Shown: one piece after another, positions 25,873-36,115 of the stretch
Numbering within the stretch: the stretch's first letter is position 1
Layout: every line of letters starts with the position of its first letter
Assembly: GCA_963832745.1 (NCBI GenBank)
Contig: CAWHVC010000005.1
Coordinates: forward strand, 224,001 to 288,000
Source of the DNA: Candidatus Bathyarchaeota archaeon
GTDB lineage: Archaea > Thermoproteota > Bathyarchaeia > Bathyarchaeales > Bathycorpusculaceae
Direction of reading: 5' to 3'
DNA length: 64,000 nucleotides
Position numbers and translations under genes: made by a program
The notes under the pieces: generated by a model
Told to the model about the DNA's origin: nothing
Seen by the model: the letters and a program-made list of their open reading frames with translations, nothing else
Databases searched by the model: none

Positions 25873-28344
25873 TTAATATTCCGCTAAAATGAACACGTCA
25901 GTTGAGGTGACTTGTCTTCCATTAACGGATTTTTCTGGTAAGACTTTAATATTTTCAATTTTTAATGTTGATGCAATGTCGATTGAGCCTTTCTGAAGGA
26001 CCTCTGCGGTTGCTGCATCTCCTGCATAGACTGTGACGTTTTTGATTGGAGCGTTGAGTGGCATCTTCTTTTGTGCTTTGTCATTGCGGATTTCGCCTAA
26101 GACGGCTATGATTAAGTCGCCTTGCTTTTCCACTTCCTCACTGACAAAGGCAGGGTTGAATTTTGGCCATTGTGATACTTGGATGCTCGGGTAACCCTTG
26201 CCGTCAACGTACATATACTGATAAATCTCTTCAGTCAAGTGTGGAGCAACAGGCGCAAACAATTGCAGTAAACGATAAAGGACCTCGTAAAGCGTGTATT
26301 GTGCAGCGAGACGGCTTTCTTTACCGTGAACCTCTGGACGGTACAGGCGGTCTTTAACCGCTTCCAGATAGTAGTCACAGAAGACGTGCCAGGTAAAGTT
26401 ACGGATGTCCTCCACTGCAATGTTGAATTGGCATTTCTCTAAGGATTCAGTGACTTTTTTGGTAAGATTTTCTGTCTTGCTGATTATCCATTTATCAAGA
26501 AGCTGTAACTGAACATTCTCTGCAGTTTGTGGCGCGTAATCTTCGAGCAGTTTGCTTGCAAAACCCGAAGCGTTCCATAACTTGTTAAGGAACCGTTTGC
26601 CGTATTCAACATCTTGTACACGGTAAGGAATGTCGGAGCCTGTGGCGCCGCCGCCTGCAGCCCACTGCCTAACCGCGTCAGCACCGTTCTTATCAAGCGC
26701 TTCTGGTGCCGCAGCATAATTTTTGAGCGATTTGCTCATTTTTCTGCCGTCCGCGCCAAGTACCATGCCGTTGATTAAGACACTGTTAAAGGGGCGTTCA
26801 TCAAACAGGGCTAGATGGCGTACCATAAGGTAGTATGCCCATGTACGGATAATGTCAGTTCCAGATGGGTGCATGCTTGCGGGAAACAGGTGCTTCCAGT
26901 CTGCACGGTCAGGCCATCCAGCATGAACAGCACAAGTAATTGAACTATCCATCCAAGTGTCCATAACGTCTTGTTCGGGCGTGAAGTCTTTGCCGCCACA
27001 TTTCGGGCAAGCATCGATTCGGGGGCCTTCCAGTTTAGGGTCAATTGGCACCCATTCAGGCTTTGCAACAATGATTTCGCCACAGCCTTTGCAGTACCAA
27101 ACTGGAATCGGCGAAGCGAAAAGTCGTTGACGGCTAATCACCCAATCCCATTCCAACGCTTTTGCCCAGTCGATTAGACGGTTTTTCATGTAATCTGGAT
27201 ACCATGGAATCGCGTTAGCTTCTTTCTCCACTTTGCCGGAGAGCTCCATGGTTTTCATAAACCACTGCTTGCGTTCAAGAATTTCAACGGTAGTTTTGCA
27301 TCGGTCACAGACGCCGACTTCCTGCTGAATCTTTTCAGTTTTCTCAAGTAATCCAGCTTCGGTTAAGTCAGCAACAATGGCTGCACGCGCCTTGTTTAGG
27401 TATAAGCCTGCGTATTTGCAGCCTGCCTCAGTTATTTGACCGTTCTCACTGATGAGACGAATCACTGGGAGCTTGTGTTTTATGACGGTTTTCACGTCAT
27501 CTTTATCGCCATAAGTGCAGATTTGAACAGCGCCAGTGCCAAAAGTCATGTCAACGGCTTCGTCGGCGATAATAGTGACTTCACGGTTCATTAGGGGTAC
27601 AGCAATTTTTCTGCCGACGTATTGGCTGTAGCGTTCGTCTTTTGGGTTAACTTTGACGGCGACGCAGGCGGGAATGAATTCGGGTCGCGAAGTCGCAATT
27701 AAGAGGTGTTCGCTTGAACCTGCCAAGGGAAACTTGATGTAATGCAGGACGCCCTCTTTTTTGACATGGTCCACTTCAGCATCGGCAATGGCTGTTTCGT
27801 CGCGGGGGCACCAGTTGACGGGATGGGTGCCTTGGTACATGTAGCCTTTATGATAAAGTTGGATGAAACTGAGTTGGGTACGGCGCCAATAGTCAGGATC
27901 CATTGTTTTGTATTCGGTGGTCCAGTCGATGGATGCGCCAAGTTTAAGGATGCCTTCTTTCATCATGGCAATATATTTTTCGACAAGCGCCATACACATA
28001 TTGCGGAACTGGTCAGGTGGCATGTCGCGTTTGCGGATGTTGTTAGCTTTTTCTACTTGGATTTCTATGCCTAAGCCGTGGCAGTCCCAGCCTTGCGGGA
28101 AAAGCACGTTGTAGCCTTGCATGCGTTTGAATCGGGCTACTATGTCAAAATATGTCCAGTTGAGGACGTTGCCCATGTGCAGTTCGCCTGACGGGTAAGG
28201 CGGAGGCGTATCAATACTGAACGGTTCGCGGGTTTTGTCGTTCCAGTCATAACGGTTAATTTTCATTTCTTCCCATTTGCTCTGCCATTTCTGCTCTATT
28301 TCGGCAAACTTGTACTCTTTAGGCATAGGCTGCATGACTATCAA
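25873..28344 (-). CDS. valS: Valine--tRNA ligase
   Basis: IDTPPPYPSGELHMGN, GWDCHGL, WVISRQ, DTWMDSS, KMSKS motifs. Confidence 0.96.
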   Translation of the reverse strand: MIVMQPMPKEYKFAEIEQKWQSKWEEMKINRYDWNDKTREPFSIDTPPPYPSGELHMGNVLNWTYFDIVARFKRMQGYNVLFPQGWDCHGLGIEIQVEKANNIRKRDMPPDQFRNMCMALVEKYIAMMKEGILKLGASIDWTTEYKTMDPDYWRRTQLSFIQLYHKGYMYQGTHPVNWCPRDETAIADAEVDHVKKEGVLHYIKFPLAGSSEHLLIATSRPEFIPACVAVKVNPKDERYSQYVGRKIAVPLMNREVTIIADEAVDMTFGTGAVQICTYGDKDDVKTVIKHKLPVIRLISENGQITEAGCKYAGLYLNKARAAIVADLTEAGLLEKTEKIQQEVGVCDRCKTTVEILERKQWFMKTMELSGKVEKEANAIPWYPDYMKNRLIDWAKALEWDWVISRQRLFASPIPVWYCKGCGEIIVAKPEWVPIDPKLEGPRIDACPKCGGKDFTPEQDVMDTWMDSSITCAVHAGWPDRADWKHLFPASMHPSGTDIIRTWAYYLMVRHLALFDERPFNSVLINGMVLGADGRKMSKSLKNYAAAPEALDKNGADAVRQWAAGGGATGSDIPYRVQDVEYGKRFLNKLWNASGFASKLLEDYAPQTAENVQLQLLDKWIISKTENLTKKVTESLEKCQFNIAVEDIRNFTWHVFCDYYLEAVKDRLYRPEVHGKESRLAAQYTLYEVLYRLLQLFAPVAPHLTEEIYQYMYVDGKGYPSIQVSQWPKFNPAFVSEEVEKQGDLIIAVLGEIRNDKAQKKMPLNAPIKNVTVYAGDAATAEVLQKGSIDIASTLKIENIKVLPEKSVNGRQVTSTDVFILAEY

Positions 28345-28441
28345 TCCAAACTGTATCTGTTTGACTTTAGCAAAACGGAAATAGCACCTAAAAACGTTAC
28401 CCTACACAAAAGAACAAGAAAAAGGGCTATTTGGCCCAAGT

Positions 28442-30013
28442 TTAACCTGTTTGGTTCCAATAAAAGACTTGACCGTACTTTGCGTTGACGGGAAACGCAG
28501 GGTCATCATAGATGATATCCAGTTTCTGTCCGTAAAGCCCAAGCATGTTCTGTAGTTGAGTCCATATTTGGTCTATTGTACTTGTGGTGTTCCATAATCC
28601 CCAAGTCTTATCTTGGAAATAACGCATGCCCGAACCGTAACTGTTCGGCAAAACAAACGCAACTTCCGCCTGCACGTTGTTGGTTTCTTGTGTGTTTTGC
28701 ACTACTTCGTTCCAGAATTTTTCCATAGCATCAAAATGTTCTTCTTTTAAAAGAGCGCAGTCGTTGCTGATGGTGGCGTTTTGGGGGTTAAACATTGTGC
28801 TAGTTTGGTTGTAGTTAAAGACTATAACGTATTTTGCGCCGCTTTCATAGGACTGCTTCATTTCATCGTACATTTGCTCTGGAGTTTGCAAGTATGGTGC
28901 ATCGTTGCTTTGCCAAGTAATCATTGTTCCCCAATCTTTACCCTGCATGTTCGCGGCTCCCCTGACTAACCCAATTTCTTGGGTTGGATTATTGTTCCAG
29001 CCTAACTGGGCAAAAATAGTGTCATACCCTGCTAGGTAATCGTACCAGTAAAGCGCGTAGTCTGAAGTCATAAGTTTAATGTTTGTTTGGTTTCGGACTG
29101 TACAGCTTAGTATGCTGTGTTTAGAATCAACGTAACGTTGTGCTACGTCGGCTTGGGTTTGCAATGGCCGGGAATCCCATACTTGCTGGTAAGGTTCGAA
29201 CTGGCTTATGTCGCCTTTATCGGTGACTAATGTGCCGTTTGAATATTGGACTGTGCCATCTGGCTGGTAGTACAGCGTAGGTTCAAAGCTGTAATTTATG
29301 TATCTTTCAAGGGAGATAGTTTTGTTTGTAAAGTAGATTGTCGTGTTTGATACATAGGTTCCAGCAGTAAAGTTGCTGTCACCTAACGTAATGTGAACTT
29401 CTCCAGACGGATAATACGTATAATCACTGTATGTATTTGTGTCATTTGAATCTACAAAATAATGTTTGCTCATTGTGCCGTCAGGCGTAACGTAGGCTGA
29501 TTCGCCAGTTTCAATATTGTTAAGGGTTGAGCCTTTGTCAATCATTTTTCCTCCCGGCTCATCATTATAGTAGAGCCCCAAGAAGTGGCTGCCCCACCTT
29601 GGCTCAGCTATCTTGGTAAAGTTAGCACACGTGTTATCTGCGGCGCCATTGTAAGAGTAATAAACTATAATGTCTAACCCTGAGTTGACGGCGTAATCAC
29701 ATATTTCTGTTACAGCAGAAAGCTGCGCCATTAATGGGCCTGATTGGATGACAAAAAGGTTAGTGTAGTTTTTGACCTGATCTATAAGCGCTTTTGCTTC
29801 TGTGGTTGAGTTGCCACAGTAAGTTACGCCGAAGTAGAAGGGTTTCTTTTGCGCCACTTCAACAGTGGGTGTCGGTGTAGCTGCTGGCGGGGTAGGAGTG
29901 CTTGCTGGTTGGCCACTACCACCTAACCCCCAGAACGCGGAAGCTACAAGAGCAATAATAATCACTACTGTCACCGCTGACAAGAGTAAAATTTTGTTTG
30001 ACCGTGAAACCAC
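28442..30013 (-). CDS. Membrane-anchored secreted hypothetical protein (possibly glycoside-hydrolase-like)
   Basis: N-terminal TM, PT linker, GLYYNDEPGG, TSDYALYWYDY, many NxS/T sequons. Confidence 0.7.
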   Translation of the reverse strand: MVSRSNKILLLSAVTVVIIIALVASAFWGLGGSGQPASTPTPPAATPTPTVEVAQKKPFYFGVTYCGNSTTEAKALIDQVKNYTNLFVIQSGPLMAQLSAVTEICDYAVNSGLDIIVYYSYNGAADNTCANFTKIAEPRWGSHFLGLYYNDEPGGKMIDKGSTLNNIETGESAYVTPDGTMSKHYFVDSNDTNTYSDYTYYPSGEVHITLGDSNFTAGTYVSNTTIYFTNKTISLERYINYSFEPTLYYQPDGTVQYSNGTLVTDKGDISQFEPYQQVWDSRPLQTQADVAQRYVDSKHSILSCTVRNQTNIKLMTSDYALYWYDYLAGYDTIFAQLGWNNNPTQEIGLVRGAANMQGKDWGTMITWQSNDAPYLQTPEQMYDEMKQSYESGAKYVIVFNYNQTSTMFNPQNATISNDCALLKEEHFDAMEKFWNEVVQNTQETNNVQAEVAFVLPNSYGSGMRYFQDKTWGLWNTTSTIDQIWTQLQNMLGLYGQKLDIIYDDPAFPVNAKYGQVFYWNQTG

Positions 30014-30115
30014 GATGGATACCTCAGGGTTTGAGCAGTTTTACGGTCAGGTAAAATATAGTTCTATGTTTTAGAACACACCGTCATAGGAGCAGAACAG
30101 GGGATGTTAGAACTG

Positions 30116-30472
30116 TTAGACTCTGTCAAGCGTTGGTGCCTTACGGCGTCCATCCCAAGCATGATGCAGCGCCAAACCTGGATGATAAATCAGCAAGCGC
30201 GGTCCAGAATAGCTCATGACTTTGCGCACTTCCGCTTTCATATCGGGTTTATAGCAGTGGATTTTGCATTTGCCGCAGGTGCTTTTCTTGTCTTGGAAGG
30301 GGCATTTGTCAAGGCGTTGGATGGCGTAGTCTTTGAATTGTTGGCATTCGGGGCAGAGCTCTCCGTTGGTTATATGGTGGTGCCCTTTGCAGTAGATGTC
30401 AACCATGTAGCTGATGGTTTTCTTTTCACGTATCATTCTTTTATGAGTTGGGTTTGGTGGTTGAGGCTTCAT
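30116..30472 (-). CDS. YgbA (nitrous oxide-stimulated promoter) family protein
   Basis: REKKTI..M..IYC...LCPEC...RLDKCPF..K.TC..C.IHCY...VM.YSGPR pattern. Confidence 0.9.
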   Translation of the reverse strand: MKPQPPNPTHKRMIREKKTISYMVDIYCKGHHHITNGELCPECQQFKDYAIQRLDKCPFQDKKSTCGKCKIHCYKPDMKAEVRKVMSYSGPRLLIYHPGLALHHAWDGRRKAPTLDRV

Positions 30473-30531
30473 AATTTGATCAGTTGAAGTATTATACAGG
30501 TCCTTTGTAGATTAGTTTTTACCCTTACAGC

Positions 30532-31125
30532 TTAGGGTTTTGATATGAAACGGTTATTTTTAATGTAAAACCGCCAAAGCAGGTCCTTCCATTCACCAGC
30601 GTAGTCAACGCCCACACGTTTCAATGCCGCAATTTCATCCAGCGGCATGTCTGGAGCCTCTTCAACGTACAGCGGCGGAACAGTCAAATCCAGCAAGTTC
30701 TGAGCCCTTGAGATGCCCATTGCAATGCACAACCTGCCAGGACCGTTTGTAATGTTCACCGGTTTCTCGGGGCAGCCTCGACGTTTTGCCATAAGCTCCA
30801 CGCCCTCAACGGGTTCAAGCGCCCGAATCAAGACGGCTTCAGGCTTTCCCGGAATTGAGCCGGCTGTGATGTTAATGCAGTTGTACATGCCATAAATGAG
30901 ATAAACATAGGCGTGACCCTTTTGTCCGTACATGACTTCGTTTCTCGGTGTGCGGCGTCCGCCTGAACTGTGAGCCGCTTTGTCTTCTGGTCCACAGTAA
31001 GCTTCAGTTTCAACGATTCTACCGGCTGTGATACCGTCGTCTGTTTTATGGACAAGAATTTTGCCAAGCAAGCTTTTGGAGACAGTTAAGATGTCTTGCT
31101 CATAGAACGGTCTTTGAAGAATCAT
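30532..31125 (-). CDS. DNA-3-methyladenine glycosylase (MPG/AAG family)
   Basis: GRIVETEAY, AYVYLIYG, AVLIRALEP, NGPGRL, RVGV motifs. Confidence 0.93.
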   Translation of the reverse strand: MILQRPFYEQDILTVSKSLLGKILVHKTDDGITAGRIVETEAYCGPEDKAAHSSGGRRTPRNEVMYGQKGHAYVYLIYGMYNCINITAGSIPGKPEAVLIRALEPVEGVELMAKRRGCPEKPVNITNGPGRLCIAMGISRAQNLLDLTVPPLYVEEAPDMPLDEIAALKRVGVDYAGEWKDLLWRFYIKNNRFISKP

Positions 31126-31193
31126 ATGTTAAACAAGATAATTCGCGTATAATTAAATTTGCAGCGCACGCACTAAAACAACACCCGACGTAA

Positions 31194-31226
31194 CCTTTTG
31201 GGGCCTAAGCGGCTTTATGTTGAAAT
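31194..31226 (+). repeat. Dispersed intergenic repeat, degenerate partial copy
   Basis: CCTTTTGGGGCCTAAGCGGCTTTATGTTGAAA. Confidence 0.4.
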
Positions 31227-31325
31227 CTGAAAAAAGCAGCTTTTTAGTTAAGTAATCGAGCTTCTAAGAAGAGTAGCAGTAGTCTTAAGTCATAACACTT
31301 ATATCTTAATAGAGCTTTCCATTGT

Positions 31326-31823
31326 TTGTTGAAGCGTAATCAAATGAAGCAACCATTAGCAGTCTTTAGCGTTGCCCTCGGAGCGGCTTTAGGGTTTGGC
31401 CTTCTAACAGTTTTAATAGACCATATTTTAAGAATAATGCTGGTGCCTGAAGTCAACGTCTATTCTTTTAGCACTTTTTCAATGGCAACCTCACTATTTG
31501 CGCCAGTTGCCTATATTTTATCATTCATCTGTTTTTACCAGTTTGGAAAAAAAGCCAAAATCTTAGTTGCCAAAAAAACAACAGTTTTAGCCCTGTTAGT
31601 GGGATTGATGATAGGTACAACAATTACAACCTCCATTATAACTTCAAGCAACTTGCCACTTGCAACAACCATCAGTCTTATACTGAGTTATTCATTTGCT
31701 GGCGTCTTCCCATATTTGTTCTCAGCATTGGCAGGTTTACTGTTTGCGGAAATTAAAGAAAAGAGGGACAACCAAAATTTAAAAGTGGAATACGAAGAGC
31801 AAAACATGCCAGTCAACCAATAA
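31326..31823 (+). CDS. Hypothetical membrane protein
   Basis: Four hydrophobic helices. Confidence 0.6.
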   Translation: MLKRNQMKQPLAVFSVALGAALGFGLLTVLIDHILRIMLVPEVNVYSFSTFSMATSLFAPVAYILSFICFYQFGKKAKILVAKKTTVLALLVGLMIGTTITTSIITSSNLPLATTISLILSYSFAGVFPYLFSALAGLLFAEIKEKRDNQNLKVEYEEQNMPVNQ

Positions 31824-31825
31824 TT

Positions 31826-33149
31826 TCAACAAAAAACGTGTTTTTGGCGTCTTTTAACAATTAGTAGGAGAAAAACAACAATTGCAATTAGTATTACTGC
31901 AATCGTTAGAACTTTGGGAAGGCTTGAATTTGGAATAGGTGTAGGGTTTACTGTTAAAGCGGGTGTATTGGTTTGTTCAGGGGAAAATTTTTTGGCGACC
32001 AATAGAATATTAGTCTTTCAAATAGATCGAAGGTACTTATTGCTGAATTAATTGCAGAATTATTGCATGTAATAGTGGGAGGTTGTCTTTGTTGTTTGCA
32101 TCTATTGCGTAGGGTGTATTATATGTCCCTGTGTTGTTATTTTGTGTGGCATTTGGGTATCTGGATTGGTAGTCGCTCCAAAAATTACCGGCCAAACCGT
32201 TATCCCACGAAACAACATCAGTTGCAATTGAATTATTTGATATTTCATGTCGTGGCTATGTCAATTAACAACTTGCACTTGATTATTTATTAGGTTGTTA
32301 CTGAAGAAGACGTTATCAGTACCCCCTGGAAGTTGTATTAATGAAATGTAATTCAATAAGTAAACTCCAACTGAGTTTTGAGTTAAGGAATTATTATATA
32401 CTTGAGAACTGTTGGCGCCTTGATATAAAATTCCTGTTTTTTGGTTTTTTAGCGTGTTACCATAAACGATGTATTGTATTACCCGCAGCAAGAGAAATAC
32501 CTCCAGAATAATAGGCATCCATTATTGATTTTACCGTTAGAAATTGTGTTTTTTTCGATTGTAACATTGATTGCTTCAACATAGATACCGGTCTGATAAA
32601 GTTTCTATATTGTTTTCGGAAATTAAAACGTTATCGGTTCCAGCATGCAATGAATTCCCCAATACCAACTCCCTCGATATTATTTCCAGTCGATAATTTG
32701 ATCTTATACCCCAAACCCCAATGCCCATATCGAAAGCCTGAATATCATTATTGGTTATTTGGCAGTTTGAACTGTTATTGGCCATTCCAATTCCGTAATC
32801 GCTTCCAGTGATATTGAAATTCAAATTTGCACATTATCCGCCTGTATAGTCTACTGTTGTAAATGGAAGCGTATTTTAGAGTGTGGCCATTGATGATGGT
32901 ATCTTCTCGATTTTCCCCGACTAATGTTATTGGTTTGTCGATTACTATTAGCTCGTTGTAAATGCCGTTGCGTACGTGGATTGTGCTTCCGGGTGTGGCG
33001 TTGCCGATTGCCGCTTGTATGGTTGGGTAATCGTCTGGAACAATAATTGACATGGATGATGCATAATGGGTGAAGTATTCAACTAAAGCGGCACCTGACG
33101 CAACCAATAGAACAAATGCCAATATTATTGCCCATTTACTTCTTGACAT
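31826..33149 (-). pseudogene. Fragmented NosD/parallel beta-helix surface protein
   Basis: Pieces in different frames: VPDDYPTIQAAI, NNxIxNN repeats, WDNGLAGNFWSDY...TPYAID, C-terminal TM + KRR. Confidence 0.8.
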
Positions 33150-33254
33150 TAAATCGCTTCTATAAAAAACGCTTTTTAAAGAATATTAGTTTGTCGCTAA
33201 CATGGCTATGGAGAATAATAAAGTGTGTTCGAGCAGCTGCTTTATTTTATAAAC

Positions 33255-33395
33255 CAACCTATTAGACTCCAAATAGAAACTCACGCAGAAACCTATAGAG
33301 GTTAGGCAGAAATTGAGCCTAACTTTGAAACCCTGAAACCCTTAGGGGGGTAGGTCAGTTTGGTTGAAAACAAGCGCATTAACATGTTGAAATTC
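33255..33395 (+). repeat. Dispersed intergenic repeat, copy C
   Basis: CCTATTAGAC...CAGAAACCTATAGAGGTTAGG...TAGGGGGGTAGGTCAGTTTGGTTGAAAA...ATGTTGAAA. Confidence 0.75.
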
Positions 33396-33472
33396 AGTAC
33401 TTTAAACCGGAACTTTTTGGTTTATGGGGAATCAAACTAAAATATTAGTTTTAACAGTATTTTGTTTAGCAT

Positions 33473-33572
33473 AGGTCCTGGGGAGCTGAGAAAAATGACT
33501 CGGCTGAGAGGACAACTTAATGGTTGTCGACCCAATGAACCTGACCCAGTTAATACTGGCGGAGGGAACCAA
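33473..33572 (+). ncRNA. TPP riboswitch (THI element)
   Basis: GGGGAGC-P3-GGCUGAGA-P3a-GACCC...GAACCUGA-CCCAGU-UAAU-ACUGG-CGGAGGGA; all stems pair; located upstream of thiT. Confidence 0.92.
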
Positions 33573-33576
33573 ACAA

Positions 33577-34125
33577 GTGAACACTACAAACCAAACCAAA
33601 ATTCAAAATCCACCATCTTTTAAAAACCCCAAAGTTTTAGCCGAAATGGCCATATTCACCGCTTTGGCGACGGCGTTAAGCAACATTGTAATTTATGTTA
33701 TGCCGCAGGGCGGTTCAATCACGCTTGCCTCGATGGTGCCAATCATTTGGCTCGCGCTAAGGCGTGGACCAAAAGTTGGCATAGTCACAGGAGCAATCTA
33801 CGGCATGATACAGTTCATGCTGTTGCCATACGCCATTGACCCATTCCAAGTGCTTTTCGATTACCCATTCGCGTTTGCAGTCTTAGGTGTGGCAGGGTTT
33901 TTCCCAAACAGACCCGTCATTGGCTCATCAATCGCTATTTCGCTTCGTTTTGTGATGCATTTCATTTCAGGCGCAGTATGGTGGGCACCCATTTACGCGC
34001 CAGGCGTTGACCCGATCGTTTACTCATCCGTCTACAACGCAAGTTACCTGCTACCTGAACTTGTAATAAGCGGCATCATACTTTACATACTGCAACAAAC
34101 CAGGGTTCTAAAGGCTTACATGTAA
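33577..34125 (+). CDS. thiT: Energy-coupled thiamine transporter S-component
   Basis: LAEMAIFTALA, MPQGGSIT, QVLFDYPFAF, RFVMHFISG, YSSVYNASYL. GTG at 33577 is in frame; the track's ATG at 33520 falls inside the aptamer. Confidence 0.9.
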   Translation: MNTTNQTKIQNPPSFKNPKVLAEMAIFTALATALSNIVIYVMPQGGSITLASMVPIIWLALRRGPKVGIVTGAIYGMIQFMLLPYAIDPFQVLFDYPFAFAVLGVAGFFPNRPVIGSSIAISLRFVMHFISGAVWWAPIYAPGVDPIVYSSVYNASYLLPELVISGIILYILQQTRVLKAYM

Positions 34126-34137
34126 AGGAGAACAAAA

Positions 34138-35139
34138 GTGGGAAAACTCAGCAACCAAGAACTGCAAAAACTCCTCAACTGCATAAAAAAAGACGACCGT
34201 GTACTTGTGCCTCCAATGATTGGGTACGACGCTGGAGTTCACCGCCTCGGCGACAAACTATTGGTGGTTTCAACTGACCCATGCACCGGCGTGCCCCGTG
34301 AATGGTTCGGTTGGCTACTAATCAACTACTCCGCCTCTGATCTCTCCCTTTTCGGAGCAAAACCAGAATTCTGCACCATCAACCTGCTCGGACCAAGACC
34401 CATCGACCCCACCATCTTCCAAGACATCATGAAACAGACATGCGCCGCCGCAGACGAATACGGAATCAGCATTGTTCGGGGACACACAGGCATGTACGAC
34501 AGCCTAAACGACCTAATGGGCGTCTGCACTGTTTACGGAACCGTTGAACCAGAAAAGCTCATTACGCCGGGAAACGCTAAAGCCGGCGATTTAATAATGT
34601 GCACTAAACCCGTCGGCATTGAAACCCTAACCAATCTCGCCCTGACTCACCCTAAAACTGTAATGGAGCTTTTTGGGGAATCAAAAACCCGAGAACTCGC
34701 TGGCATGGTAAAGATGCAGAGTTGCGTCAGAGAAGCCCAACTATTGGCGGGGGCAGGGTGTGTGGATGCGATGCATGACGCGACCGAGGGCGGATTTGTA
34801 ACGGGGCTAAATGAGTTGTCGGAGGCTTCGAAAGTAGGCATGAAAGTTATTTGGGAAAATATCCCCATCCCCAAAGAAGCTTTGTTGCTGAAAGAGCGGT
34901 TTGGTCTTAGCGACGAGCAAATCTTAGCGTTATCTTCGACGGGCACGATTTTGGCGGCTGTTACACCAGCTAAGAAACAGAAAACTGTTGAAGCTCTAAA
35001 ACAAAACGGGCTTAACGCTTGTTTCATAGGAGAATTCACAGAAAACAAACAAAGAATCATTGTTAAATCAGGAAAAGAAAACGTTTTTCCCGCGTATGCC
35101 GAGGATGTTTACACGCGGCTGCAGTTGATAAAAGAATAA
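34138..35139 (+). CDS. AIR synthase-related (ThiL/HypE-like) ATP-binding protein
   Basis: MGKL, GYDAG, VSTDP, SDL, GHT, AMHDATEGG motifs; AGGAG SD. Confidence 0.85.
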   Translation: MGKLSNQELQKLLNCIKKDDRVLVPPMIGYDAGVHRLGDKLLVVSTDPCTGVPREWFGWLLINYSASDLSLFGAKPEFCTINLLGPRPIDPTIFQDIMKQTCAAADEYGISIVRGHTGMYDSLNDLMGVCTVYGTVEPEKLITPGNAKAGDLIMCTKPVGIETLTNLALTHPKTVMELFGESKTRELAGMVKMQSCVREAQLLAGAGCVDAMHDATEGGFVTGLNELSEASKVGMKVIWENIPIPKEALLLKERFGLSDEQILALSSTGTILAAVTPAKKQKTVEALKQNGLNACFIGEFTENKQRIIVKSGKENVFPAYAEDVYTRLQLIKE

Positions 35140-35144
35140 AAAAA

Positions 35145-36023
35145 TTATTTTTTGAGCTCTTTGAGTACATAGTTAACGATTTCTTCAGCAATATTTACTT
35201 CTGCAACCGCTTGCAAGCCCTTCCAGCCTGGCTGACTATTCACGTCAACAATACGCGGACCTTCAGGACCCTCAAGAATGTCTACACCAGCAATTTTACA
35301 TCCAACTGCTCTTGCCGATTTTATCGCTAAGTCCTCAAATTCTTTGCTGATTTTCTCTGGAGCAGGTCTGGCGCCTCTGCTATAATTGGTCTTCCAACCT
35401 GTCGCTACTCGACGCATTGAAGCAACGACTTGGTCGCCTATTACGAATGCGCGTATGTCTGAGAAGCCGTGTTGCACAAATTCTTGCATATAAATAACGC
35501 CATGATGGAAGGTAATTGCTTTGAAAATCGTGTCTGCAACGTCAACATCGTTTATGCGAGTTGCTCCTTGACCGCGTGAACCGAAAATCGGTTTAACCAC
35601 AACATCGCCCCCAAGCTCATTAAAGGCTGCTAAAGCTTCGTTTACACTTTCAGTAGCCAACGTGCGCGGCACGGGAACCCCAACGTCTTCCAGAAGGGCC
35701 AAAATATCATACTTGTCAACGCAGTGCTCTATTGCGTTTGGCGGGTTTACCATGTAAAAGCCTTTGCGTTCCATCTTGTACAGCATATCCATTCGGAAAA
35801 CTAATTCTTCAAGTGAACCGCGTCCAATTGGACGAATTATTAGTGCATCTAAATCGTCAAGTATGCTTGTGCCGTTTATTTTGAAGCAAGGTTTGTAGGC
35901 TAATCGTGCGACAAGCCTTGGAAAAGTGAAGCACTCGTAGGGTATACCATGCCGGGTTAAGGCGTCCCGTACTTGGGTGCTACTCCATGCTTCAGGGTTT
36001 CGTGTCATTATGCCAAATTTCAA
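35145..36023 (-). CDS. RimK-family ATP-grasp alpha-L-glutamate ligase (MptN/CofF/LysX-like)
   Basis: VVKPIFGSRG, DIRAFVIG, WKTNYSRG, AGVDIL, VNSQPGW motifs. Confidence 0.88.
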   Translation of the reverse strand: MKFGIMTRNPEAWSSTQVRDALTRHGIPYECFTFPRLVARLAYKPCFKINGTSILDDLDALIIRPIGRGSLEELVFRMDMLYKMERKGFYMVNPPNAIEHCVDKYDILALLEDVGVPVPRTLATESVNEALAAFNELGGDVVVKPIFGSRGQGATRINDVDVADTIFKAITFHHGVIYMQEFVQHGFSDIRAFVIGDQVVASMRRVATGWKTNYSRGARPAPEKISKEFEDLAIKSARAVGCKIAGVDILEGPEGPRIVDVNSQPGWKGLQAVAEVNIAEEIVNYVLKELKK

Positions 36024-36115
36024 TTTGGGTCTGTCCTGTCCCTTACGTTCTGTTTAGAAAACATGCTGGACATTCGGCTCTTAAAGGTTCTGGGTGGAAT
36101 GAAAAAATTAAGCGC

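Noticed and set aside
30104-30487. 127-aa plus-strand ORF
   Set aside because: Antisense to a clear YgbA-family gene.
33520-33576. ORF-track ATG start of thiT
   Set aside because: It lies inside the TPP aptamer and has no SD; the in-frame GTG at 33577 follows GGAGG.
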